Shown here one piece after another: positions 32,601 through 41,210 of a stretch of DNA of 64,000 nt. Source of the stretch: Acidobacteriota bacterium (GTDB lineage: Bacteria; Acidobacteriota; UBA6911; RPQK01; JAJDTT01); assembly GCA_965217775.1 (NCBI GenBank), contig CBDCJH010000002.1, forward strand, positions 5,536,001 through 5,600,000, in the 5' to 3' direction. Each line of letters begins with the position of its first letter. The stretch's first letter is position 1. The notes beneath the pieces are model-generated. The model was not told the DNA's origin, made no database searches, and saw nothing but the letters and a program-made list of their open reading frames with translations. Both the position numbers and the translations under genes were made by a program.

Positions 32601-33119
32601 TCATGCCGGGTCAGACGACCCCCTCAAAGACTCGATTCGTTTGGAGATCTCGTGTTGAGGGAGGAAGACCGTGTTGTCGCTCTGCCAGGCCCGCAGGGCC
32701 TCGATCAGCAGGGATGTCGCGCAGGCTCCGGCAACGGCCAACTCGTCAATGACCCAAAGCACGCCGTGGACGTGAAGCCCTTTATCCGTAGCGACTCTGC
32801 GTAGCAGAACATCGCCCGTCAGCAAGATCCCCCGGTTAGCGAGTGCGGTAACAAGACAGAAACAGTCGTTTGCGGACAGGGCGCGGTGCTGCTCCCTGAG
32901 AGCGAAGGCACGCTCGACCTTGGCGGCTGTCAGGTCGTGTGTGATCAAGCCGTGGTCGTCGAGGTGCTTCCATTGCCGGTCGGAGAAGTCGAGGACTTCC
33001 GACGCGCGTACGGTCAGCGGAACCACGAGTCGGTACGGCAGGTTGGAAAGGACTTCCAGCAACCCCCCTTTGCGGAGGTCGATCAGGCACGAAGCGTCAT
33101 TGACAAGTACACGCGTCAC
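32601..33119 (-). CDS. PIN-domain (VapC-like) nuclease
   Basis: VLVNDASCLIDL, LSANDCFCL, LLTGD..LR; overlaps the upstream XRE-peptidase stop. Confidence 0.82.
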   Translation of the reverse strand: MTRVLVNDASCLIDLRKGGLLEVLSNLPYRLVVPLTVRASEVLDFSDRQWKHLDDHGLITHDLTAAKVERAFALREQHRALSANDCFCLVTALANRGILLTGDVLLRRVATDKGLHVHGVLWVIDELAVAGACATSLLIEALRAWQSDNTVFLPQHEISKRIESLRGSSDPA

Positions 33120-34195
33120 CGAATAGCCGGACCACTGATCTGCTGCTCGACCGCATCGAGGGACTCGTTGAGGAGAGCGGCCGCACGGACCGGCGAGATC
33201 AGCTCTTCACCGACGGCGCGCCAGACAAGTCGCTTGAAACGTTGTGGCTTCTCAAACGCCGCAAATCCTTGATCGGGGCGGATAGGCGCTGGTTCCCTCT
33301 TGCGCCAGGAGCGGGCGAAGGTTCTAAACGCGCGCTCGACTGCAACAGGACGCAGGACGCCGACTTGGCCGAGGCGGACCAACATGGCCGCCGCCGAGAC
33401 GCCGTAGGTGTGCTTGAGGTCGATAATCTCGTAGGAGGTGACGCGGTGACGGCTCGCCCCGGCTTGCTCGCGAAGATGTCGGCCTGGAACAAGGAAGGCC
33501 CCTGCGAAGCGGTTCATTGCCACCTCCAACTTGATGGCGGGGTTTGCGGTGGATCGAATGATCCGGTGTGCGAGTTCGTGGGCCAGGGTGAAGCGTTTGC
33601 GCTCGACGTTCGTCCGCTTTGACACCGCAACCGCATCGGCGACGGGCCTGCCGCCTCGCATGACGCGGCACGCCAAGCCGTTGATGCGCTCGGGGAGGTC
33701 GGCTTCGACCACCTTTATCCTCTTTTCCTCCAAGAGAGCGCAGAGGCTGGGCACCGGATCCATGCCGAGGTCCCATGCCTTGCGAAGTTCATCGGCCTTG
33801 TCGTCAATCTGATCTTCGGTAGCGACGCCGTCGTAGCGGCGGTCCTCGAACGAGTCGCTCGTGGACGGTATGCCGAGAACCTCCTCGATGGTCAGATACC
33901 GCTCGAGGTTGTCGATCAGGACGGCCTCGGCTCTGGCGCGGTCGCGGGCGGGGGTGCTGGCGTGCTTACGGAACACAAGACCGTCGAGCGTCTCGACCTG
34001 AGCGCTCATGAGGAAATCCAGCGATACATCGAGCGCCCTGGCGAGGCCAACTAGAACCGCCGAAGAGGGCATCATCTTGCCCGCTTCGTACTTGCTGATG
34101 GACTGCGCCGTGATCTTCGGGTCCATCCGCTCGGCAAGTGACCGCATGGAAAGTCCAGATCGCTTACGGGCGAGCCGGAGTCGTCTTCCAAACAT
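33116..34195 (-). CDS. XRE-family HTH + ImmA/IrrE (Peptidase_M78) protein
   Basis: MFGRRLRLARKRSGLS..ISKYEAGK; RKRFTLAHELAH (HExxH); NRFAGAFL. Confidence 0.9.
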   Translation of the reverse strand: MFGRRLRLARKRSGLSMRSLAERMDPKITAQSISKYEAGKMMPSSAVLVGLARALDVSLDFLMSAQVETLDGLVFRKHASTPARDRARAEAVLIDNLERYLTIEEVLGIPSTSDSFEDRRYDGVATEDQIDDKADELRKAWDLGMDPVPSLCALLEEKRIKVVEADLPERINGLACRVMRGGRPVADAVAVSKRTNVERKRFTLAHELAHRIIRSTANPAIKLEVAMNRFAGAFLVPGRHLREQAGASRHRVTSYEIIDLKHTYGVSAAAMLVRLGQVGVLRPVAVERAFRTFARSWRKREPAPIRPDQGFAAFEKPQRFKRLVWRAVGEELISPVRAAALLNESLDAVEQQISGPAIR

Positions 34196-34507
34196 GCCGT
34201 TCGTTCCTTTGGTGCAATTTTAAGTTTACGAAATAAAGAAAGATACCATATTTTGTCAACCTCAGGTTGATCGTGTTTGGATTCAAGCGAGGCCGTGGGT
34301 TGTGTGTGCTGCTCGGCGAGTGGTGGAAGGACTACCGGGATAGCTGCGAGAGTTTCTTGCTAAAGTGGTCGGACAGCCGTTCCTGCCTGATATCGCGTGA
34401 AATCGAAATGGATCATGAGCAGATAGTCCCAGGCGTCGCAGTAAACAATTTGCGCCGTCCGGTCACGCCGGGCCAATTCGTGCAATTGAAGGTTGAGGCG
34501 AGAGCCG

Positions 34508-34873
34508 TCAGTTGTGGCGAGTAACAGACATCGGCCAAAGTGACAGGAGCGCGACGATGCTCGCTGAAACGCCCAGCAATGCCGGCCAAGAAACGCTCGT
34601 CTGAGAAAGCGGAAGGATGGCCTCCAAACCAGATGTCGCATCGTTCCACCAGAAGGTCATGAGAACAGCGATAGTGCCGACCACCAGAATCTCCGACCAA
34701 GCTTGAATTGTTGCGAGCTTCGACTGTCTCCGATTGTACTCAGCGATTCTTGCCATCAGCAGGACGAGTTCCGGGTTGGGGACCTGGTCGCGCTGTGCTC
34801 TGATCTCGCTATCGAAGGTTGCTCGAAGGAGAGCCTTTAGTTCATCGTCACGCCGATTCCGAAGCTCAGTCAT
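34508..34873 (-). CDS. Small membrane protein, putative anti-sigma factor
   Basis: ATG 34873 overlaps the ECF stop; MTELRNRRDDELKALL.. followed by two TM segments. Confidence 0.6.
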   Translation of the reverse strand: MTELRNRRDDELKALLRATFDSEIRAQRDQVPNPELVLLMARIAEYNRRQSKLATIQAWSEILVVGTIAVLMTFWWNDATSGLEAILPLSQTSVSWPALLGVSASIVALLSLWPMSVTRHN

Positions 34874-35394
34874 GAGCTCTCCCCATAGGCAGTTTGGTTC
34901 GGCCGGGTCAGGTACTTGGAAAGCTTCTTCCTGGCACGAAACGCCAGGACCCGGACGCTCCTCCTTCTGAGGTTCATGATCCCTGCAACCTCCTTGTGGG
35001 AGAAGCCCTCTGCGTACAACAACCAAAGCATCTGCTGCTCGCGCTTTGACAGCGTGCGGAGCCCCTCGCGCAAGGCAAGAATTTCGGCAACGCTCGTGGT
35101 TGGCTCAGTTGCCACGACTTGATGTTCCGGTCCCTCCAGTCTGTTGCGCTTTTGCAAACTGCGGCCGTGATCCACGATAGCGTTTGAAGCGATACGGTAC
35201 AGGTACGCTCGCGCCTCGGGCGCGTCTGGAGTCGTCCCCATCCGGCTCGCCAAGAATTTGACATAGGTGATCTGAAACAGGTCATCGACCGAGTCCCGAT
35301 CGCTGCAATGGCGGAGAATGTAAGCGCGGATAACCGCTGCGGTGGCGTCGTAGAACCGTCCGAACGCATAGTCGTTCGAGCCGGACTGCTCCAT
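34870..35394 (-). CDS. ECF RNA polymerase sigma-70 factor
   Basis: DDLFQITY, AYLYRIASNAIVDHGR (region 2); LSKREQQMLWLLYAEGFSHKEVAGIM..SVRVLAFRARKKL (region 4). Confidence 0.88.
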   Translation of the reverse strand: MEQSGSNDYAFGRFYDATAAVIRAYILRHCSDRDSVDDLFQITYVKFLASRMGTTPDAPEARAYLYRIASNAIVDHGRSLQKRNRLEGPEHQVVATEPTTSVAEILALREGLRTLSKREQQMLWLLYAEGFSHKEVAGIMNLRRRSVRVLAFRARKKLSKYLTRPNQTAYGESS

Positions 35395-35422
35395 CACTCC
35401 CAGACTTGTGCTTCGGGACTTG

Positions 35423-35899
35423 CTAAAGGCTGTCCACGTCTGCGGAAACGCGCATGTTTCCACGGCCGTTTGCATTGGCATCGGCGCTTTCATCACTGTC
35501 ACGCTCTTCAGCGCGCCACATGACGTAGGTGGACAGGGCAAGGGCAACACCGACTGCCCCTATGATGACAGCGGGGATCAGAAAATCCTCGTCCCGCAAA
35601 AGCGCCAGGATAGCGAATCCGATACCCATAAACGTCAGAATCGAAGCCGGGACGAACAGTCCCTTCCATATCTTCGAGGGTTTCTCACTCTCCAACGTGA
35701 GCGCGCTGGCGAGCTTGGATCCCACGGGCCCTTGGATCGCCTGGGCGAAGGCTTCTCCCGTCGAGAACTTTTCGATCATCCGGCGGATTATTTCCGCCCG
35801 TTGCTCCTGCGCTCTCCTTCGAGTCACATGGCTGAACCAAAGAATAAGCACCACCATGGCGAAGACTCCAAGTGGTACCAGTGTGTTTTGCATCCACAT
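35423..35899 (-). CDS. Membrane protein, first gene of the ECF operon (DUF6249-like)
   Basis: N-terminal TM, RRR..EIIRRMIEK helix, two further TMs; RBS GGGAGG. Confidence 0.7.
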   Translation of the reverse strand: MWMQNTLVPLGVFAMVVLILWFSHVTRRRAQEQRAEIIRRMIEKFSTGEAFAQAIQGPVGSKLASALTLESEKPSKIWKGLFVPASILTFMGIGFAILALLRDEDFLIPAVIIGAVGVALALSTYVMWRAEERDSDESADANANGRGNMRVSADVDSL

Positions 35900-35927
35900 T
35901 ACTGCCTCCCTTCAGACTTACTCGTAT

Positions 35928-35954
35928 GACGTTTGAACGTGGGCAATCGTTAAC
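35928..35954 (-). promoter_or_regulatory. ECF-type promoter (TAAC-17bp-CGTC) of the sigma operon
   Basis: Minus strand GTTAACGATTGCCCACGTTCAAACGTCATA; conserved in a second copy at 44891-44917. Confidence 0.7.
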
Positions 35955-36109
35955 TGTAGTCGCAGTCGCAGCCCCGAATCCGGCACGACTTGGGCACGTT
36001 GCTCGCCACGGTCAGCGAACCCGAGTTGATTCACCTCGACGAACCAGAACGAATGCGTCGGAACCCGTAGTTGGGGATTCAGGACAGGACACGTTACGAT
36101 CAGCTACCG

Positions 36110-36877
36110 ATGAGAGGCGTAACGTCACGGTTCCGAAGGTGGGTCCTTGCCTCGCTGGCTATTGTAGTCGTTCTCGCAGTTGTTCTCGTGGCGGTCGTTC
36201 TCGCTGTGTTCCGCTTCGGCGCCTTGCCTCTCGACGAAGGGACGACCATAGGCGGCGGCCGCGTCGAGGCTGTGGTGGAAGAATTGGGCCCGATAGCGAT
36301 TGGGTCGTACTTGGTCGCTCTGGTGAACGGCGGCTACGCCCTGGTAGATGCCGGGATGGATTCGGAAGCCCGCGCGATCCGATCAGTCCTGCAGCGCCGA
36401 GGCGCTACGGCCCAAGACGTGAAGTTCGTCTTTGTGACCCACGCTCACGGAGATCACATGGGCGGGATCCAGTCGTTTTCCGCCGCCGAGGTCTATGCCA
36501 TCGAGGCCGACGCGAAGGCCATTCGCCGCACGGGTTCACGTACCGTCCAAGGGCTGGCGGACGGCGATGTGGTCAAGGCTTCGGGCACGGAGGTGGAAGT
36601 TTTCGCATTACCGGGCCACACACCGGGCAGCGCTGCCTACTTGGTGTACGGCGTCCTGTTCCTTGGGGATAGCGCTGCCGCCGCGTACGACGGGTCGGTC
36701 CAAGCAAATTGGCTCTTTTCCGAGGATTCCGAGTCGAACGAGGAGTCGCTTGCTGCTTTGGCGCGCCGCTTGAAGGGCAGAGCGGGCGACGTGCAGCAGA
36801 TCGCATTCGGCCATCAGGGGCCGGTCAACGGTCTCGGGCCTCTTCTCAAGTGGGTCTCCGATCGCGGACTGCGGTAA
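36110..36877 (+). CDS. MBL-fold metallo-hydrolase
   Basis: LVDAG, THAHGDHMGG, PGHTPGS, LFLGD, FGH; N-terminal TM anchor. Confidence 0.85.
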   Translation: MRGVTSRFRRWVLASLAIVVVLAVVLVAVVLAVFRFGALPLDEGTTIGGGRVEAVVEELGPIAIGSYLVALVNGGYALVDAGMDSEARAIRSVLQRRGATAQDVKFVFVTHAHGDHMGGIQSFSAAEVYAIEADAKAIRRTGSRTVQGLADGDVVKASGTEVEVFALPGHTPGSAAYLVYGVLFLGDSAAAAYDGSVQANWLFSEDSESNEESLAALARRLKGRAGDVQQIAFGHQGPVNGLGPLLKWVSDRGLR

Positions 36878-36923
36878 GGAAAGCAATCGTGGCGAGTGCC
36901 CGGACGCCGCCCCGCCAGAGTTC

Positions 36924-37727
36924 TCAGCCCACTCGCTCTCCGTTCTTGAAGGTGACCATTTCCTGGTTGCCTTCCTTGTCGCGAAGGATCCAGCTGCCGT
37001 GCATCTTGCCCTCGACAAAAGAGCCCTCCTGGACTTGACCGTCAGCGAACCGGAGGATCCAGCGCCCGTGATGCTGTCCATCTACATAGGGACCTTCCTG
37101 GATGCTCCCGTCGTCCCAGCGCTCGATCCAGTGTCCGTTCCGCTTCCCATCCACATATAGGCCTTCATGAACACCCCTGCCGTCCGTCCAACGTTCGACC
37201 CACTGCCCATGCCGCTTCCCATTTGCTCGGGGGCCTTCATGGACGCTCCCGTTCTGAAAACGTTCGACCCACTGGCCGTGTTGCTGATCCTCCACAAAGG
37301 GGCCACCCGACACGTATCCAGCTGCGTCGCGAAAGACCCAGTTCCCATGGCGCAGACCCTCTGCAAAGGGGCCTTCATGGAAGTTTCCTCTCGCATCGAT
37401 TCCGCCCCAGTGACCGTGCTGTTTTCCTTGTTTGAAGTGACCGAAAGAATCCAGAATCTTATGGCCACTTCCAGAGAATTCGATTAAGGTGCCCGGTCCC
37501 TCGGCAAAGTCGCCGTCACACCCCCCGGTCCAAGTCCTGGCTTGATCCGGGATGAAGTGCGAGTTCCAGACGTAGCATCCCGGCTGGTTGGACAACTCCA
37601 TCCAGCAGGACGCATTTGGGGGCTTTCCCTGGCACCGGTCCTGTTTGGGTGGAGCGCTCTGTTCCCCACCCACCTGGAGGACGTTGAACGAGACAAGAAT
37701 TACGAGAAGCGAGAGGACTCTTGGCAT
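36924..37727 (-). CDS. Secreted MORN-like repeat protein with Cys-containing N-terminal domain
   Basis: Signal peptide; CWMELSNQPGCYVWN; about six 23-aa repeats EGP(Y/F)VDGxxHGxWxxRxxDG. Confidence 0.8.
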   Translation of the reverse strand: MPRVLSLLVILVSFNVLQVGGEQSAPPKQDRCQGKPPNASCWMELSNQPGCYVWNSHFIPDQARTWTGGCDGDFAEGPGTLIEFSGSGHKILDSFGHFKQGKQHGHWGGIDARGNFHEGPFAEGLRHGNWVFRDAAGYVSGGPFVEDQQHGQWVERFQNGSVHEGPRANGKRHGQWVERWTDGRGVHEGLYVDGKRNGHWIERWDDGSIQEGPYVDGQHHGRWILRFADGQVQEGSFVEGKMHGSWILRDKEGNQEMVTFKNGERVG

Positions 37728-37866
37728 GGTCTCCCCCCTGATTTCTCAGTTCGCTCGGGCGAGGTGCAGTTGCATCCAATTTTACCAGAAACCGACCCAG
37801 CAATAGCTGTGCCGGGGTAAGGGATGGGGAGGATTGCCCGATCGTCAGACCTTCTACTCGGGATGC

Positions 37867-37887
37867 GAGAAGGGGACAGTCACGTTC
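37867..37887 (+). repeat. 21-bp direct repeat, left copy
   Basis: GAGAAGGGGACAGTCACGTTC; one mismatch to 39520-39540. Confidence 0.65.
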
Positions 37888-38070
37888 TCACGCCCCTTTG
37901 AGATGGTTTTCGTTTCCCTTAAGGATCTCCTCGTGCATCTCCAACGGTATCTTGGTCTGCTGCTTAAAAGCACGTTCCACGAGCCAGTCCCAGAATTCGG
38001 GAATACGAGTGATTGGGTAGTAATCCCGGTTCGCGTCGATGAGGACATTGGCGGCGAGGAAATAGACCAA
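37888..38070 (-). pseudogene. Truncated DUF4411-family (PIN-like) gene
   Basis: YFLAANVLIDANRDYYPITRIPEFWDWL resembles the DUF4411 N-terminus; first acidic residue is Ala; ends after 60 aa at the repeat. Confidence 0.65.
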
Positions 38071-38080
38071 AGGTCGACTC

Positions 38081-39304
38081 CTACAACGCCCTGGCGGGGC
38101 GCAGTAGTTTGCCCACTTGCCTGGGCGTGACGCCCAAGATTTTGGCTGCCTTGGTCGTCGACAGTGCGCCTGATCTCATCATGCGCCCGGTGAACCATAG
38201 CAGCGCCTCCCCGACCCGGTGACGGCATACGACGTAGTAATTGGGACCACCTTCCGATGCGCGTGTGCTCTCGCGCCGTCGGTCGCGCTCGCGATTCAAC
38301 CAATCGGAGAAATCTGCACGGAGGCGGTTGAAGTTTTTCTGATCGATGCGGCCGGAGCGAAAGAGCCGATAGGCTACCATCGTGTGGCCCAGATTCCGCC
38401 GCCGGGCGAACTTGCCAATGCGTTTCTGTTGCTCGGCAATGTCCTGGTTCAAATCAATCTCGATCTGGTCGAGTTCCCCTGCAGGCAGTAACCACTCCGC
38501 GGCGACGTTGTTGCAGAACTCCTCGACTCCGCTTCCAGGATTAGCCCCACTAATGCCGGTCTGGCCGAGTAGCAGATGGACGAGTTCGTGTAGGAGCGAG
38601 AAAGACCAAGCTGGTGTTGAGTCCTGGTCGTTGATGACCAAGAAAGGAGCGACGTCGTCCGCTATGGCGAAACCACGGAAAACATTCACAGGAATGGCGG
38701 TATGGTAGCTGCCCAAATCTCCCTTGAGCAGGACGAACACACCGGCATCTTCGGTTCGGGACCGGAGCAGAGAGAACGCTTCGTTTGGGGTGGGCTGCGC
38801 GTAGAATTCGGCGGCGTTCAACTCGTTTCCCAGCACTTGGCGCAACGTCTCCGCAGCGCGTTGGGCCATTCGATCGGTGCCGTCACGAACGCCTTCGCTC
38901 CCTGCCAGAGCACCCACGAACGGAAGGGCATCAGTCTCGCCCTCCGCTTCCAGGACGGCTCGAATCATGCTTTGCCGGCTCCGCACATCGCGGACCAGCG
39001 CATCGATCAGGGCATCCATCTTGCGGGATCGTGCCACTGGAAGCGTGCGAAAGTCGGCGCCACGATCACCCTGTAGTGGTGGCTCAGCCAAGTAGAAAGC
39101 GAGTAGCGGTCGGCGATAGTGCCGTGCCATCCTGACGAGTACCGAACGGGTTGGCTCTTGCTCACCTCGTTCTAGAGCGGCGAGCCGGTCTACAGCCGTT
39201 ACGCCCCGAGCATCTCCAATGCCGACTTTCACGACGGCATCATGGAGGGTCATTCCTGCGGTCTCGCGCGCCCAGAGGAGGATCTCGGGATTCACTGCTG
39301 GCAT
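38081..39304 (-). CDS. XRE-like HTH + ImmA/IrrE metallopeptidase
   Basis: MPAVNPEILLWARETAG; DFRTLP; FRGFAIADDVAPFLVIND; FSLLHELVH; EEFCNNVAAEWL; GGPNYY. Confidence 0.88.
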   Translation of the reverse strand: MPAVNPEILLWARETAGMTLHDAVVKVGIGDARGVTAVDRLAALERGEQEPTRSVLVRMARHYRRPLLAFYLAEPPLQGDRGADFRTLPVARSRKMDALIDALVRDVRSRQSMIRAVLEAEGETDALPFVGALAGSEGVRDGTDRMAQRAAETLRQVLGNELNAAEFYAQPTPNEAFSLLRSRTEDAGVFVLLKGDLGSYHTAIPVNVFRGFAIADDVAPFLVINDQDSTPAWSFSLLHELVHLLLGQTGISGANPGSGVEEFCNNVAAEWLLPAGELDQIEIDLNQDIAEQQKRIGKFARRRNLGHTMVAYRLFRSGRIDQKNFNRLRADFSDWLNRERDRRRESTRASEGGPNYYVVCRHRVGEALLWFTGRMMRSGALSTTKAAKILGVTPRQVGKLLRPARAL

Positions 39305-39494
39305 CGCTTTTAGCAATAGGTTAACAGCGGACCGAAACTCAGACGAACTCAGACGCCGAGGCGACCCATTGTCGGTGTGGCCTCCGGAGGTCGACGCTAC
39401 CAGTTGGGTTTGCGGAACACTTAATCTCAGGGTTTCTACACTACGTGGCCCTGCAGAGGTTCTCACACTCCCGGTGGTGGGTCGCCGTAAATAG

Positions 39495-39545
39495 CAGCGC
39501 TGAGAGGGGGACCAGCGCTGAGAGGGGGACAGTCACGTTCGTGAC
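39495..39545 (+). repeat. 18-bp tandem duplication plus right copy of the 21-bp direct repeat
   Basis: CAGCGCTGAGAGGGGGAC twice, then AGTCACGTTCGTGAC (small hairpin). Confidence 0.65.
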
Positions 39546-39863
39546 CTAGCAGATTCTGTCCATGAGGAAGAAGCCACGGGACAATCCTATGGCCAACCTA
39601 CTTGTTTGGACCCGCAGACCGTGGCGAGTTAGCATCAAACCAAAGGTCCCCTCCTGATGACAAGAGTGCCATGGGTGCTCTCTCCGGTGACGGAGTAGTC
39701 AGGGGGGTCATCATTTGTATTCCCCCTTGTTCCTCTTGAGATCGTCGATTTTGGAACGTGTGGGAAGTTTGGTTTCTGCCGCGTCGAGCGAGTACCTCCG
39801 GGATCGGGGATTATCATCCCCTCATGCGCACAAGCTCGACTCACCTAACTGTCTTCAGGTCAT

Positions 39864-41201
39864 CTACCCGGCGGCCTTTTCACCGGAACCGTTCCCACCC
39901 GGATGCTGCAACTTCCGAATCGGCACCGTCAGCATGAGCAGCGCAGCAGCTAGCGGAAGCGTCCCGATCAGCCAGAAGACGAGGCTGTAGAGTTGGAGGT
40001 CGATGAAACGGCCGATCAAGCTCTGGACGATAACGGCGCCGATGGTGCCGGCACAGCCCGCCATGCCGAACAGGGTGCCCACCGAATGGGCTTCCGTCAT
40101 ATCGGTCGCCACGGTCTGGACGTTCACGGACCAGATGGCGAAGGCGCAGAAGACGACGCACATCAGCAAGATGATCATGTACGGATTGGAAACACTGTTG
40201 ACCAGGATCCCCAGCGGCACCACCAAGGTGCCTCCCAACATGCAGACCTTTCGGGTTTTCGGGATTCCCAGGTTGCGCCGGATGAGAAAGGTGGAAATCC
40301 AACCGCCGAGAAGGAGACCCAGATCGCTGGCCAGGAATGGAATCCAGAGCAGCCCGCCGATCATCTCCATGCTGAAGCCCCGTTCCCGCATCAGGTACTC
40401 GGGCATCCAGAAGAGGTAGAAGTACCAGGTGCCGTCGGCCAAGGAACGCGCTCCCAGCAGCGTCCAGACTCCGCGGAAACGCAGGAAGTCCCTGACCCTC
40501 ATCTTTTGACCGGTGTCGTCTTGGATCGCATTGGCCGATTCCTGGAGGTATTCCTGCTCCTCTTCCGTCAACCGAGGATGCTCTTCCGGTTTTCGATAGA
40601 TGAAGGTCCAGGGCAGCAACAGCAGAAATCCCAGCAATCCGGTGATCAGGAACATGGCGCGCCAACCGACATTCAGGGTGAGCCAACTGACCACCGGCGG
40701 ACCCAGTAGCGCACCGATCCCCAGCCCCAGCAGCATGATGCTGATGGGCTTGCCGCGGTCGCGGGGATGAAACCACTCCGAAATGGCCTTGACCCCGGTG
40801 GGGAAGAATCCCGCTTCGCCCAGACCCAACAGAAATCGATAGGCGCAGAGGGAGTAGAGCCCCTGAGTCAGGGTGTGGAGACAGGCGGCGATGGACCACC
40901 AGGTGACGGTCACGTAGTAGCTGACCCGTGTCCCCAGGAAGTCGGCCAATTTGCCGCCAAACCCATAGGAAAAGGTGTAAGCGACCAAAAAGACGTTTAC
41001 CACGAGCGCGTAGTCGCTGGCGCTCAGACCGAATTCGTCCCGGATCATGGGAGCCACGATGGACAGGGTGATGCGGTCCAGGTAGTTGACCACGCTGCCC
41101 ACGAACAGCATCCCCACGATCCACCAGCGGACCGGGATCCGCCGCCGAATGGGTGTGCCGGGAGTTCCGTGAGCCGCATGATTTCCGTCTCTCAGTTGCA
41201 T
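39864..41201 (-). CDS. MFS transporter, hexuronate/acid-sugar (ExuT-like) subfamily
   Basis: RWWIVGMLF..VNYLDR, RFLLGLGEAGFFP, EWF, WYFYLFWMPEYL. Confidence 0.88.
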   Translation of the reverse strand: MQLRDGNHAAHGTPGTPIRRRIPVRWWIVGMLFVGSVVNYLDRITLSIVAPMIRDEFGLSASDYALVVNVFLVAYTFSYGFGGKLADFLGTRVSYYVTVTWWSIAACLHTLTQGLYSLCAYRFLLGLGEAGFFPTGVKAISEWFHPRDRGKPISIMLLGLGIGALLGPPVVSWLTLNVGWRAMFLITGLLGFLLLLPWTFIYRKPEEHPRLTEEEQEYLQESANAIQDDTGQKMRVRDFLRFRGVWTLLGARSLADGTWYFYLFWMPEYLMRERGFSMEMIGGLLWIPFLASDLGLLLGGWISTFLIRRNLGIPKTRKVCMLGGTLVVPLGILVNSVSNPYMIILLMCVVFCAFAIWSVNVQTVATDMTEAHSVGTLFGMAGCAGTIGAVIVQSLIGRFIDLQLYSLVFWLIGTLPLAAALLMLTVPIRKLQHPGGNGSGEKAAG

Positions 41202-41210
41202 GAGATGTCC

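Noticed and set aside
34267-34524. Small ORF (MDHEQIVPGVAVNNL..)
   Set aside because: No recognisable domain; may be a gene remnant but cannot be supported
32601-39545. Integron cassette array
   Set aside because: Genes are in mixed orientation, with no repeated attC-like sites and no integrase
39546-39863. Possible ncRNA or small ORF in the intergenic region (GTCGAGC..GCTCGAC stem)
   Set aside because: Only a weak stem, no known motif and no second copy
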